Sequence record: NC_027399.1 | Length of the DNA stretch: 64,000 nt | Strand: one strand, 5' to 3' | Part shown: positions 39,051-49,015 of the stretch, piece by piece | How the letters are laid out: each line of letters opens with the position of its first letter | Position numbering within the stretch: the stretch's first letter is position 1 | Translations under genes and position numbers: made by a program | Notes under the pieces: generated by a model | Databases searched by the model: none | Seen by the model: the letters and a program-made list of their open reading frames with translations, nothing else | What the model was told of the DNA's origin: nothing

Positions 39051-39315
39051 ACATTTTAATAGAATACAATTAATCACCCAACTTCTACAAATGGTTGATG
39101 ACACATTTGATGAATTAAAAAATAATCTTATGAATAAGAAAATCAAATGTAAGGTATATATGAATGATGGTGATTATTTCGATATGCGAGAAGTTGAAGT
39201 AACTGGAATTGTTACTAATATTACTTTATATGAATATGATCTAACTATTACAGTGAAAATCGACGAAGGTCGTGAATATTACGTTTGTAATCAACATATT
39301 GAGGTGGTTGAATGA
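39043..39315 (+). CDS. family B protein
   Basis: LKNNLMNKKIKC. Confidence 0.65.
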   Translation: MNEHFNRIQLITQLLQMVDDTFDELKNNLMNKKIKCKVYMNDGDYFDMREVEVTGIVTNITLYEYDLTITVKIDEGREYYVCNQHIEVVE

Positions 39316-40457
39316 GTTTAGTAGAAATCTATAATGATTTAATGAATTTAGTACAAAATAATGAAGCATTTGAATATAAAGATCAGCGTTCAATTGGTGG
39401 TGGTTTGTATAGAATCTTTTCTTATCGAATGGCCTCATATACTGATTTCTGTGAACCTAATGCCAAAGAAACACGAGGTTCAATGTGGGAAATCAATGAA
39501 GATGGTACTATGATTCGTTGTGCAGCCCGTACTATGAATAAATTTTTTAACGCATATGAAAACCCATTCACAATGTTTGATAAAAATATGCTTAGTACTG
39601 AAATTGAAGTGGCGATGGATAAACGAGACGGTTCTATTATCAGTACTTTCAAGGATAATGACGGAATTATTCGTTGTAAATCTCACACTTCTCTATCTTC
39701 AGAACACGCAATTAATAGTAATGCTATCATGCGTCCTGGTTCTAGTTTATATCAATACGTAGAAGAAGCTGAACTTCAACAATATACCGTGAACCTCGAA
39801 TATACTTCACCTGAATATCGTATTGTATTGCCATATCAGAGCGAGAAACTGACTGTATTGAACGTTCGTCATCGAATCACTGGTGAACTACTGTGTGGTG
39901 AAAAACTGCGTCAGAAGTTTCCTATGCTCGCTATGCGTAGCACTAATATGATAAATGGTCAGAACATTGCAAGTAATTTTCCAATGCGTACTACAGTACT
40001 TGAAACGGTGGAAGCAGTAAAAGGAATGCGAGACATTGAAGGATTTGTGGCAGTACTGAAAGATGGCACAATGTTTAAAATTAAAACAGATTGGTACTGT
40101 GCTTTGCATTTCAATAAGGATAGTATTAATGTTGATTCTAGACTTTACGAATCAGTGCTACAAGGTGCAAGTGATGATTTAAGGCAAATGTTCTCTAATG
40201 ATCAGTATTGTCTTGATAAGATTAAAAGGATGGAAGATTTAGTATTCAGTACTTATAATTCTTTTGAAAAATTTGTTAATGATTTTTACAATGAATTTAA
40301 ACATTTAGAACGCAAAGAATATGCACTAAAAGTACAGAAACTTCTACCAAAAGAATTAAATCATCAGGGTTATGCTTTCTCTTTGTATAACAATAAACCG
40401 TTTGATTTAAAGGAAAACATGATCAAATACAGCAAAGAAGTATTAAAAGATTTCTAA
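39312..40457 (+). CDS. rnlA: RNA ligase 1 (T4 RnlA-like)
   Basis: RIFSY, ETRG, KFFN, motif I KRDGSII, EYTSPEYRIV, EGFV, FKIKTDWY. Confidence 0.9.
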   Translation: MSLVEIYNDLMNLVQNNEAFEYKDQRSIGGGLYRIFSYRMASYTDFCEPNAKETRGSMWEINEDGTMIRCAARTMNKFFNAYENPFTMFDKNMLSTEIEVAMDKRDGSIISTFKDNDGIIRCKSHTSLSSEHAINSNAIMRPGSSLYQYVEEAELQQYTVNLEYTSPEYRIVLPYQSEKLTVLNVRHRITGELLCGEKLRQKFPMLAMRSTNMINGQNIASNFPMRTTVLETVEAVKGMRDIEGFVAVLKDGTMFKIKTDWYCALHFNKDSINVDSRLYESVLQGASDDLRQMFSNDQYCLDKIKRMEDLVFSTYNSFEKFVNDFYNEFKHLERKEYALKVQKLLPKELNHQGYAFSLYNNKPFDLKENMIKYSKEVLKDF

Positions 40458-40469
40458 TAAGGACACCAA

Positions 40470-40643
40470 ATGAAGAAAAGGAATTCGTGGAGTACTCCTG
40501 AAGAATATAGGAAGATTCAGTGTTATTTTGATACAATACACAAAGAAAAATCCAGTTCAGGAGTACGAAAAAACAGAAATAAAATTAATACTAAAAAGAA
40601 AGAACGTATATATTCTTTAGAACGTCATACAAGAGAAGCTTAA
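40470..40643 (+). CDS. small basic protein (57 aa, not in ORF track)
   Basis: Manual: MKKRNSWSTPEEY...HTREA; AAGGA SD. Confidence 0.6.
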   Translation: MKKRNSWSTPEEYRKIQCYFDTIHKEKSSSGVRKNRNKINTKKKERIYSLERHTREA

Positions 40644-40656
40644 ACGGGAGATTATT

Positions 40657-40869
40657 ATGAAAGTACAAATTCAGCACAGTATTGTTCAAGACATGTCAGT
40701 GATTAAATTTAACAATCTTCATGATTTTTTTAGATGCATTGACTTTCTCGATAATTCATGTTTAGAATATGATATGATAAAATACAGTTCAGTTCTTGAT
40801 ACTGCCAGTATCAGAGTGAATGAATTGGTACTACATAAATTTAGCAAACGTTTCGGGATTGGGAAATGA
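40657..40869 (+). CDS. hypothetical protein
   Basis: GGGAG SD. Confidence 0.7.
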   Translation: MKVQIQHSIVQDMSVIKFNNLHDFFRCIDFLDNSCLEYDMIKYSSVLDTASIRVNELVLHKFSKRFGIGK

Positions 40870-41132
40870 TTATGTATGAAAAATTTATATCAACTAAAGA
40901 AATGCTTCATAGGTTGATTGACGACACTGACAAAGAAATTATAAGGTATTACACTGGAAAAAAAGTACAAATTTCTGCTGAACTCCTTGAGGAACTCGAA
41001 TTGGAATCAGAGGATGATATTGTATGGACTATATATGCAGTCACTGTATTCGATGATTGCCTATTTTTTGATGTAGAGCACGGTGATGATGACTTACAAG
41101 ATTTAGAAATAGATGATCTTATATTTCTTTGA
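40866..41132 (+). CDS. family B protein
   Basis: IIRYYTGKKVQI. Confidence 0.65.
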   Translation: MIMYEKFISTKEMLHRLIDDTDKEIIRYYTGKKVQISAELLEELELESEDDIVWTIYAVTVFDDCLFFDVEHGDDDLQDLEIDDLIFL

Positions 41133-41140
41133 GAATAAAA

Positions 41141-41407
41141 ATGAATACAGAACAAGCTATTAGTACTATTGAAAATTTAAATAACACTTTAGTAATTCTT
41201 GAAAAAATTAAGTTAGATGTTGAATATCAAGTACAAAGTTTATTTTTGAATAAGAAAGCATTATTTAAGGATGGCACAGAAGGATATATTGTCGAGTTGT
41301 TTTCTGAAAATGTAAATCTACCTTATGATTTTCAATTTCTTGTTCGTTCAGAAGGTGGATACCTAGATTATATATATGAGGTAAAAGATTTTGTGCAATT
41401 CATCTAA
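41141..41407 (+). CDS. family B protein
   Basis: VQSLFLNKKALF. Confidence 0.65.
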   Translation: MNTEQAISTIENLNNTLVILEKIKLDVEYQVQSLFLNKKALFKDGTEGYIVELFSENVNLPYDFQFLVRSEGGYLDYIYEVKDFVQFI

Positions 41408-41633
41408 AATAATTAAGCAGTACGAACAATACGTAACTATGCTTGAAACCATGAATGCGGAATTAGAAGTTTCTGCATTTAATTCTGTACATAGATACTT
41501 TATAAATCGTCCAGTGTTATATAAAAACAATGAATATAAAATTCAAAATGTATTCAGAGATGAAGAAAGTACCATAATTTTCCTACTGTATAATAATATA
41601 TATGTGGATTATACTGAAGTAACGTTTATTTAA
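41391..41633 (+). CDS. family B protein
   Basis: VHRYFINRPVLY. Confidence 0.65.
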   Translation: MCNSSKIIKQYEQYVTMLETMNAELEVSAFNSVHRYFINRPVLYKNNEYKIQNVFRDEESTIIFLLYNNIYVDYTEVTFI

Positions 41634-41644
41634 AGGACATAATA

Positions 41645-42589
41645 ATGCCAACAATCACATTAACAGTTGGACTTCCCGGATGTGGCAAGACTACATGGGC
41701 TGTTGAAGAAGTTCGAAGATCTAAAAGTAAAACAGTAAACATCAACCGTGATGATATGCGAGAAAGCATGGCTGGTTCTCATGAGAATTATAAGTTCAAA
41801 GATGATAATGAGAAGTACATAGACGCTATGCAAATTGCAGCAGCAGATACAGCAGCAAAGAATAAGTGGAATATTATTATTTCAGATACCAACCTAAAGT
41901 TATCTATCCGAAAGAAATGGAAAGATTGGGCTAAAGCCAATGGCTATGATTACAAAGAAAAGAATTTCTTTGATGACTTTGTAGCAAAAAGTACTTCAGG
42001 TGCAGATGTTCATCAGTACTTTAAAATTAAAGAATTTGTTAAACAATGCAAATACTATAATTTACTTCGATATAAATCAGTACCGGAATCGGTAATTGAT
42101 ACAATGGCAGATTCTTATTTGTATAGTACTATGCCAGTTCCTTCTATTCAGAAAGATTCGATGTACGATTTTAGTACTGAATATATCATTGTTGATATTG
42201 ATGGTACTTTAGCACATAGGGGAAATCGCAACCCATATGATGAAAGTACTGTACTGGAAGATACACCAGATCTTGAAGTTATTCGTTCAGTACTTGCTGA
42301 AGTGAACCATCATAAACGAAAGGTTATTATCATGAGTGGTCGTCATGAAACTTGTGCAAAAGACACTCGTTTGTGGCTTCATGAAAATGGAGTTCCATTT
42401 GAATATCTTTTTATGCGTTCAGAAAATGATAATCGCCCTGATGATGTGGTAAAATATGAATTGTACATGAAACATGTTGCACCATATTATAATGTTGTTA
42501 AAGTTTATGATGACCGACAACAAGTGTGTACGATGTGGCGTAAATTACTGAAATTGAAAGTTTTTCAAGTTGATTTTGGTAATTTTTGA
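41645..42589 (+). CDS. pseT: polynucleotide 5'-kinase / 3'-phosphatase (T4 PseT-like)
   Basis: Walker A GLPGCGKTT, NRDDMR, HAD DIDGT, SGR, YDDR. Confidence 0.92.
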   Translation: MPTITLTVGLPGCGKTTWAVEEVRRSKSKTVNINRDDMRESMAGSHENYKFKDDNEKYIDAMQIAAADTAAKNKWNIIISDTNLKLSIRKKWKDWAKANGYDYKEKNFFDDFVAKSTSGADVHQYFKIKEFVKQCKYYNLLRYKSVPESVIDTMADSYLYSTMPVPSIQKDSMYDFSTEYIIVDIDGTLAHRGNRNPYDESTVLEDTPDLEVIRSVLAEVNHHKRKVIIMSGRHETCAKDTRLWLHENGVPFEYLFMRSENDNRPDDVVKYELYMKHVAPYYNVVKVYDDRQQVCTMWRKLLKLKVFQVDFGNF

Positions 42590-42597
42590 TAATTATT

Positions 42598-42638
42598 GAA
42601 GGGGAACACTTGATCCCCTTCTTTTCTTTTGTTAAAAT
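42598..42638 (+). promoter_or_regulatory. terminator hairpin overlapping a sigma70 promoter
   Basis: GAAGGGGA..TCCCCTTC + T-run; TTGATC(42610)-17bp-TAAAAT(42633). Confidence 0.6.
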
Positions 42639-42700
42639 AGAAATACAAATAGAAAAATAACATTCATCTAGATTCAGTAGTTGGGCTTGGGGATAAGAAA

Positions 42701-42967
42701 ATGAGACAATTTTATGAACACTGGAAAATGTTGTTTAATAGTACAGAGTCGTTGTACTGGAATAGATATTATTCCGTTTGTATCAATGAATTGTATAATC
42801 ATTTTTTATATGAAGCTACTTCATCATTAAAAGGACAAACAGTTCAACACAACGTACTCGGCGAATGTAGAATTACAAGAGTTTATTCTTTTTATGATGA
42901 TGAATTATTTTGTACAATATATTCGAATTTATACAGAATGGATGTAAAATTGCGAGATTTAATTTAA
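42701..42967 (+). CDS. family B protein
   Basis: ATSSLKGQTVQH. Confidence 0.65.
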   Translation: MRQFYEHWKMLFNSTESLYWNRYYSVCINELYNHFLYEATSSLKGQTVQHNVLGECRITRVYSFYDDELFCTIYSNLYRMDVKLRDLI

Positions 42968-43269
42968 TGAATTTATCAGAATGTGTAAAATTGACTAAAT
43001 TTTTAGATTCAGTGAATGATCGTATGTTTGAGGAATTTTGTGATAATTCTGAATATTTAAATATAGTAATGGGTATTTTTCATAAACATCTAAATTTGTA
43101 TATTGATGAACTGAATAAAAAACTAAAAAACAGAGAACTTTTCGTGTATGGTTTAGGTTACTGTGTAATTTATGATGTTTATCGTTCGATACGCGGTGAA
43201 TTAAAATGTACAGTAACATTTGAAAATGATTATCATAATGTCTATATGAAATACTCAAAACTCGTATGA
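42967..43269 (+). CDS. family B protein
   Basis: ELNKKLKNRELFV. Confidence 0.65.
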   Translation: MNLSECVKLTKFLDSVNDRMFEEFCDNSEYLNIVMGIFHKHLNLYIDELNKKLKNRELFVYGLGYCVIYDVYRSIRGELKCTVTFENDYHNVYMKYSKLV

Positions 43270-43559
43270 ATAAAATAAAGTCACTTGATATTGTTTATAC
43301 CCTATTTTATATCAAAGATCATACAGATGACTCTTTTTATAAAGTTATAGTCGATTATACAGAGAATTTAATACAAGAACTTAATACAATACTTATTGGT
43401 AGTGACTGTATTGTTAAACCATCTGGTGTTGAATTCAAAGCTACAATTGATTCAATATTGTTTAGTTCTATTTCTGGTTTAGTATATAAAGTGACTGAAA
43501 ATACTAAATCATTTTATAGTTATCGTTATGTTAATCCATTAAAAATTGAGTTCTTATGA
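43266..43559 (+). CDS. family B protein
   Basis: ELNTILIGSDCIV. Confidence 0.65.
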   Translation: MNKIKSLDIVYTLFYIKDHTDDSFYKVIVDYTENLIQELNTILIGSDCIVKPSGVEFKATIDSILFSSISGLVYKVTENTKSFYSYRYVNPLKIEFL

Positions 43560-43831
43560 AATCACTCAAAGAAGATATTAATTTCAAATTATTATCAGTA
43601 CTGAAAGAACATACTATTTATAACCAAATATGTCAAGATTTACTTAATTCAATATATTATAATAAAATTACCAAATATGTTGATAGTAAATGTTATTTTA
43701 TCCATGACAAAGAAAAAGTATGCTCAACCATAAATGGGTTTTATGTATCAAAAAACGGTGATGTTTTATGTTATTTGTATCATAATAAAACATACAATTT
43801 TATAGAATTAAAGGATGTATATATTGAATAG
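43556..43831 (+). CDS. family B protein
   Basis: ITKYVDSKCYF. Confidence 0.65.
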   Translation: MKSLKEDINFKLLSVLKEHTIYNQICQDLLNSIYYNKITKYVDSKCYFIHDKEKVCSTINGFYVSKNGDVLCYLYHNKTYNFIELKDVYIE

Positions 43832-44109
43832 TATTCAGGATGATATAGAAAGGAGAATATACTTCATTGTAGTGTGTTATAAAAGAAAATACACTACGCA
43901 GTACTATAATTTCTGGAATGCAAGATTAAATTTAGAAATTAAAAACATATTATACTATCAGAGGATATTGTGATGGATTCTTATTTAGATGAATTGATTG
44001 CTGATTTACTAGTTTCTTCAGTACTATCACGTCGCGGCGAACAAAAAGAACGCAAATATAATAAAGAAAAATTTGATGATTATTTGCGTGGTTTTCTGGG
44101 AAGATTCAG

Positions 44110-44295
44110 ATGAATCAACATCAAGATTACAAATATCATAAGCTGCTTGATGAATTCACAGAAAACACAAAAATGTATGGGGTGCTAAAACAGATAGCAA
44201 CAAAACATAAAAAAGGAGACTATTTCAATAAAAGATATAATTCAATTATAAATCGATTTGTTACAGAAAGTAATTTTATTATTAAAGGAAAATAA
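44110..44295 (+). CDS. small hypothetical protein
   Basis: ATGA coupling to an upstream 46-aa ORF. Confidence 0.55.
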   Translation: MNQHQDYKYHKLLDEFTENTKMYGVLKQIATKHKKGDYFNKRYNSIINRFVTESNFIIKGK

Positions 44296-44499
44296 TTTAT
44301 GGATATTGATGATACGTATTTATATAATCTTGAATTAGTGAGAGTTGGTGTATTATTAGTAACTTATTATACTAACTACAAATGTATTAATTCTGTTATA
44401 AATTCTATACTTGATTCATGGGTACATTATAGTTCCAGATTACTATAATGATTAATTTAAATTTAAGTTACAAAACACATAACTTCGAAAGTATAAAAT

Positions 44500-44802
44500 T
44501 TGATGAATAAAATAAATGTTGCATACCATACTTGGGAAATGCTTTTTGACTTAACTGATGATTTTTATCCAAGTAACTATTCAAATGTTTATTATGAAGT
44601 ATATAAAAATTATTATTCAGAACTTAATAATTATGTCAAAGGAACTAAAGTTGAACTTATATTATTATATTCAGTGAGTCCTTCAAAACTAGGAACTGTT
44701 AATTCAATAAATGTGACACCATTTGGATTACACTTTGAAATAGAACTGTGCCATAATTCAGTAATCGTTTTCCGTGAATATTGTGAAATAAAAGAATATT
44801 AA
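44500..44802 (+). CDS. family B protein
   Basis: ELNNYVKGTKVEL. Confidence 0.65.
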   Translation: MMNKINVAYHTWEMLFDLTDDFYPSNYSNVYYEVYKNYYSELNNYVKGTKVELILLYSVSPSKLGTVNSINVTPFGLHFEIELCHNSVIVFREYCEIKEY

Positions 44803-44816
44803 TATGTGGGGTTATC

Positions 44817-45077
44817 ATGAATTTAAAAACTGATATAGAATATTTCAATTTACTTATGTCATTAGTAAATGAACAATTGGAGCACATGAATAATACTTAT
44901 AAAAACACCAATGTATTAATAGATTCACATAAACAGAATTTATATGATGAAGAGGGAAATATTTTATTATTTGATATTTCGGATAAAGACGCTACATTAA
45001 TGATAAGTGTTCAGTACAGTAACGGTTGGTTTGGTCATTTAAACTCAGAATATCATGATTTTGTGATCAAAAAATAA
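44817..45077 (+). CDS. family B protein
   Basis: HMNNTYKNTNVLI. Confidence 0.65.
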   Translation: MNLKTDIEYFNLLMSLVNEQLEHMNNTYKNTNVLIDSHKQNLYDEEGNILLFDISDKDATLMISVQYSNGWFGHLNSEYHDFVIKK

Positions 45078-45086
45078 CAAAAAATA

Positions 45087-45181
45087 TTGCAATGGCTTCT
45101 ATTGTGTTGTATAGTCTGTGTATCGGTCTCACCGGTGGATGTAAAATAAAAATTGAATATTTTTCGTATCAATGATATAGT
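45087..45181 (+). promoter_or_regulatory. tandem sigma70-type promoters
   Basis: TTGCAA-17-TATAGT (45087-45115); TTGAAT-17-TATAGT (45153-45181). Confidence 0.6.
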
Positions 45182-45210
45182 GTTATAAACATATAAAAGA
45201 GGAAATAAAA

Positions 45211-45882
45211 ATGATCGCTATCTGGTTTATTATGGTTATTCTTGTCGGTGTTTGGGCTAATGCATGGGGTCGTAGTGGTATTTTATTCGGTCTGTTGTCA
45301 CTAATTTTATCACCACTGATTGGTGCAATCGTGCTTCTTTGTGCTGGTAAAAAAGTTGTTGCAACACAACCACAAAATATGCAACCAATTCAGAACATCG
45401 TAATTCATACTAACGGTACTGCTCCACCAGAAGTACAAGTAACAACTGATACTACTGTACTGGAAAAAGAAGACGAATCTGATAAAAAAAAAGATCAAAG
45501 TCTTGAACCCGTAGAAGCAACCGAAGTATCTGAAGTAGTAAATGAGGTTGTTGAATCTTCCCCAAAAGAAGATAATACGAAACCAGTACCAGTTACTAAA
45601 CAAAAGAGAGCACAACAAGCGAAAAAAGCACGTACTGTTAAAAAGAAATCAAGTACTGTTGGTGCAACTAAACAAACAAAAACAACTAAAACTGTTGTTG
45701 ATGATTTCAGTAATAAAAATACATCAAACAACAATGATATTATTGATAGTACTTCAATCGTACCTGGTGTGGCCGCCGCTGTTATTACAACCCAAATCCT
45801 AACGGAGAGTAGTTCAGTGGATAGTATCTCTTCATACGATTCTGGAAGTTGTGACAGTTCTTCAAGTTCTTCATGTGATTAA
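45211..45882 (+). CDS. membrane protein with long low-complexity tail
   Basis: Two N-terminal TM segments; charged linker; Ser-rich C-terminus. Confidence 0.8.
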   Translation: MIAIWFIMVILVGVWANAWGRSGILFGLLSLILSPLIGAIVLLCAGKKVVATQPQNMQPIQNIVIHTNGTAPPEVQVTTDTTVLEKEDESDKKKDQSLEPVEATEVSEVVNEVVESSPKEDNTKPVPVTKQKRAQQAKKARTVKKKSSTVGATKQTKTTKTVVDDFSNKNTSNNNDIIDSTSIVPGVAAAVITTQILTESSSVDSISSYDSGSCDSSSSSSCD

Positions 45883-45889
45883 TAAACAA

Positions 45890-45918
45890 AAGAAGCCCAA
45901 ATAAGGGCTTCTTTTTAT
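45890..45918 (+). terminator. intrinsic terminator
   Basis: AAGAAGCCC-AAATAA-GGGCTTCTT-TTT. Confidence 0.8.
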
Positions 45919-45944
45919 TTAAGTAAAATATATTAAGGATTAAT

Positions 45945-46691
45945 ATGAGACATTATTTACAAGTAACAGTACCGGATGAAAAGGAATTATATATTGTTGG
46001 TGATATTCATGGTAATGCAAGACTGTGGGATTTAACTAAAAAAGAATTTGGAATCACTGATAATGATGTAGTATTCAGCCTAGGTGATATTGTGGATCGT
46101 GGTAAAAATAATTCCAAATTACTATTTGAATTTCTTTTTCAAGACAATCGTTATATGATTAACGGTAATCACGAATCCATGCTCGTTGATGGATTGACTA
46201 ATCGTGAATGGTATCATTGTCATATGAGTAATGGTGGAGACAAACTATACGAAGAACTTGGTCATACTGGTGTAGAATTCTTTGCTCAGTACTTAAAAGA
46301 TTTACCCATGATCATAGAAATACATTATCGTGGTATGAAAATTGGATTAGTACACGGTTGCTGTCCTTTACGTTATACAGACTGGAACGAATTTTTAACT
46401 GATAGTTCAACGTTATCTCCAAAAATTGTTGAAGAATGCATTTGGTCCAGAAATGATTTTGACTATGCAAAACAAAACAACACTTATCATTCACCAAGAA
46501 TTTCCAATATTGATTATGTCATTTCAGGACATTCCCCTGTATTTGATCCACTAATTTATGGAAACCGATGGTGGATTGATTCACAATTTAGTACTGGAGA
46601 TTTGACTGTAGTACAACCAAACAGTGGAAAACTGAGATATTTTAGAAGAGAAAAGGATGCATATTCTTTTGATCGTAAACGTGGTTATTAA
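45945..46691 (+). CDS. calcineurin-like metallophosphoesterase (lambda NinI-type Ser/Thr phosphatase)
   Basis: GDIHG, GDIVDRG, GNHE, VHG, SGHS. Confidence 0.9.
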   Translation: MRHYLQVTVPDEKELYIVGDIHGNARLWDLTKKEFGITDNDVVFSLGDIVDRGKNNSKLLFEFLFQDNRYMINGNHESMLVDGLTNREWYHCHMSNGGDKLYEELGHTGVEFFAQYLKDLPMIIEIHYRGMKIGLVHGCCPLRYTDWNEFLTDSSTLSPKIVEECIWSRNDFDYAKQNNTYHSPRISNIDYVISGHSPVFDPLIYGNRWWIDSQFSTGDLTVVQPNSGKLRYFRREKDAYSFDRKRGY

Positions 46692-46703
46692 TAAGGATAA
46701 AAT

Positions 46704-47141
46704 ATGAAACTATATCTATTAGTTAACAGTTATTGTACTGGTAAACAAGCATATATTCAGGCAATGCACGCTGGTTTTGATCTACTCATGAAATACCATG
46801 ATGATTCAACCTATGGTACCAAATGTGTTGATATGATCACCGATTGGTACAATAATCATAAAACAGTAGTAGTACTGAATGCTGGTAATTCAGATATGCT
46901 TCATTATTATGAGACCATTCTTGACGCACAACAAACAGTTCCATACGATGTTTTCTGTGAACCCGGACTGGATGGTGCCATGACTGCAATTGCAGTACTC
47001 GCCAGTACTGAAATGGTGGAAGATATGAAACACATGCGTGATGGTTTATATGATGATGTTCCTGGATTTTTTGGTGTAAAATATGGTTGTGAATTAGAAG
47101 AAATCCTAACTGACATGAGTACCATGAGAACTGCGGATTAA
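46704..47141 (+). CDS. peptidyl-tRNA hydrolase PTH2-like protein
   Basis: GKQAYIQAMHA, W...HKTVVVL, F.EPGL....TAIAV. Confidence 0.7.
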   Translation: MKLYLLVNSYCTGKQAYIQAMHAGFDLLMKYHDDSTYGTKCVDMITDWYNNHKTVVVLNAGNSDMLHYYETILDAQQTVPYDVFCEPGLDGAMTAIAVLASTEMVEDMKHMRDGLYDDVPGFFGVKYGCELEEILTDMSTMRTAD

Positions 47142-47812
47142 TGAAAATTTATAATAAAGAAACTAAACTTTATAATAATGTTATAAAATTGTATAATTCT
47201 GAAATTAATTACTTAAAAAGCAAAGTTAAGAAACTCAAAAACAATCCAGTACTTAGAAATGAAATAAAACGAACCAACGAATTATACATCAAAAAGGCAA
47301 AAACTGAATTATCAAAAGAACATTACACCGCTTACAGTAACTGGATGGAAGCATCCTTAAATGTAAACAAAATAAAGCACAATTTGGGAATAAAAAGTTA
47401 TTTACAACTAATAACCGATTTAGAAACACAAAAGGAATTTGTATTAAAAGAAATAGAAAACCAGTTAGGTTCAGTTTTATTTCATTTGTGTGAATTAGAT
47501 GGTAATTCCTCAACGCATTATTCTTTCTTTAGTATGAATGGTGTATACATTTGGATTACCAACATCGCAACATCATATATTTTATATGATAATTTTGATT
47601 ATTACAGTACTGAATTATTTGAGGAACTTATAAAGTACCTTCCCAAGAAAAATTCTGAACTGAAATTCATTTTGCATGGTAAAAATAAGCATATAATTGT
47701 AAAAGATGATATTTTTATTCTTTTTGATGAAGTAAATTTTAACCATTTTAGTACAGGATCACTACAGGAACTATTTGAAGAAATTATAAGGATTAATAAT
47801 GAGTATACCTAG
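47141..47812 (+). CDS. hypothetical protein
   Basis: 223-aa coupled ORF. Confidence 0.75.
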   Translation: MKIYNKETKLYNNVIKLYNSEINYLKSKVKKLKNNPVLRNEIKRTNELYIKKAKTELSKEHYTAYSNWMEASLNVNKIKHNLGIKSYLQLITDLETQKEFVLKEIENQLGSVLFHLCELDGNSSTHYSFFSMNGVYIWITNIATSYILYDNFDYYSTELFEELIKYLPKKNSELKFILHGKNKHIIVKDDIFILFDEVNFNHFSTGSLQELFEEIIRINNEYT

Positions 47813-49013
47813 TAAATTATACGTAGCACGTTCATATGCTGGAACAGATAAAATAAATGGAAGTATAATCGATGCAACAAAAGATCATACTAAAGCATAT
47901 CAGGATAAAAAATCCAGAGTAGATCAACGCCACCGACATAATACACTGGCTTCACTTGAACTGGATAATGTCCCAACAAAGGGGTTCAGCGTAGTCAAAC
48001 AATATAGTTATGTCAGCCGTGAATGTTTTTTTTCTATTCATCACCCAAGAGGTTTTGAATTTAATATTTCAGTACAAAATATGATCGATTTGATTGCTAA
48101 TAATAATATAATCAATGGTTCATTTGTTGATGAAATGTACTTCGATGATAAATTACAGCTAATCAACAGTAATACTGAAGCGTTTGAAAAAATGAAAAAA
48201 CGCGAAGAAATCAAAGAAAAGAACAAAAATACAAAAGAAAATCTTAAATGTGGTAGTGGTTTTGTTTATCTGAAAAATGAATTCTATTACTGCGGTAAAG
48301 TTCATGCAATTAGTGTTCATGCAAACAAAGATTATGCATTAACTGATAAAAGTCGTTCATATGATTTAGTATATGATATTGGCAAGAAACTCTATTCTTT
48401 GTGTAATGATTTGAGTAAGTACCAAATTGAACAAAGAGCACTTCTTAATACAAAAACTGATTTAGAAACAGAAGTACAGAAAGCAAATACATATTTTCAA
48501 AGTACAGTCAAAAAAGAATATGCACCTCTTTCCGACCAAAGAGAACCAGTACTAATTCATACCAAATCATTCAAGAAATCCGACTTACGTATTCAGTACA
48601 ATGATATTTCTTATTCAGAAATGTCAAACGGTGTAAATTATTTTTGTTCTAATTTATTATACTTAGCAGAATATAATAATAACACATATAGAGTGTTCTT
48701 TGGTCTTAATAAAAACTATAAGCCAGGTGTATACCGACATTATAGTAATGATTATGATATAATCAATTCTGGTAATTTTGAGATTTACTGTGCATACCCA
48801 TGTACTGTGTCAGAAAATACATTAGAAATGGATGTTGACATTAATAGTCATTATTCTTTTGCTATGTGGGGTGCATATAAATCACCATTCTATCCACCAT
48901 CCAAGCGTTATGACGCATATAGTACCAGTTATAAAAACAAAAAGGAACTAATTCATCTTGATCCATCTAATACAGTACTAAAAGTTGGTCGTTATTATCT
49001 ACAAGGAAAGTAA
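47799..49013 (+). CDS. hypothetical protein
   Basis: 404-aa ORF; DNVPTKGF..HPRGFEFNIS segment looks like a conserved phage domain, no function recognised. Confidence 0.8.
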   Translation: MSIPSKLYVARSYAGTDKINGSIIDATKDHTKAYQDKKSRVDQRHRHNTLASLELDNVPTKGFSVVKQYSYVSRECFFSIHHPRGFEFNISVQNMIDLIANNNIINGSFVDEMYFDDKLQLINSNTEAFEKMKKREEIKEKNKNTKENLKCGSGFVYLKNEFYYCGKVHAISVHANKDYALTDKSRSYDLVYDIGKKLYSLCNDLSKYQIEQRALLNTKTDLETEVQKANTYFQSTVKKEYAPLSDQREPVLIHTKSFKKSDLRIQYNDISYSEMSNGVNYFCSNLLYLAEYNNNTYRVFFGLNKNYKPGVYRHYSNDYDIINSGNFEIYCAYPCTVSENTLEMDVDINSHYSFAMWGAYKSPFYPPSKRYDAYSTSYKNKKELIHLDPSNTVLKVGRYYLQGK

Positions 49014-49015
49014 AA

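Noticed and set aside
45790-45882. AGT/TCT-rich repeat-like stretch
   Set aside because: It encodes the Ser-rich low-complexity tail of the membrane protein and is not an independent repeat.
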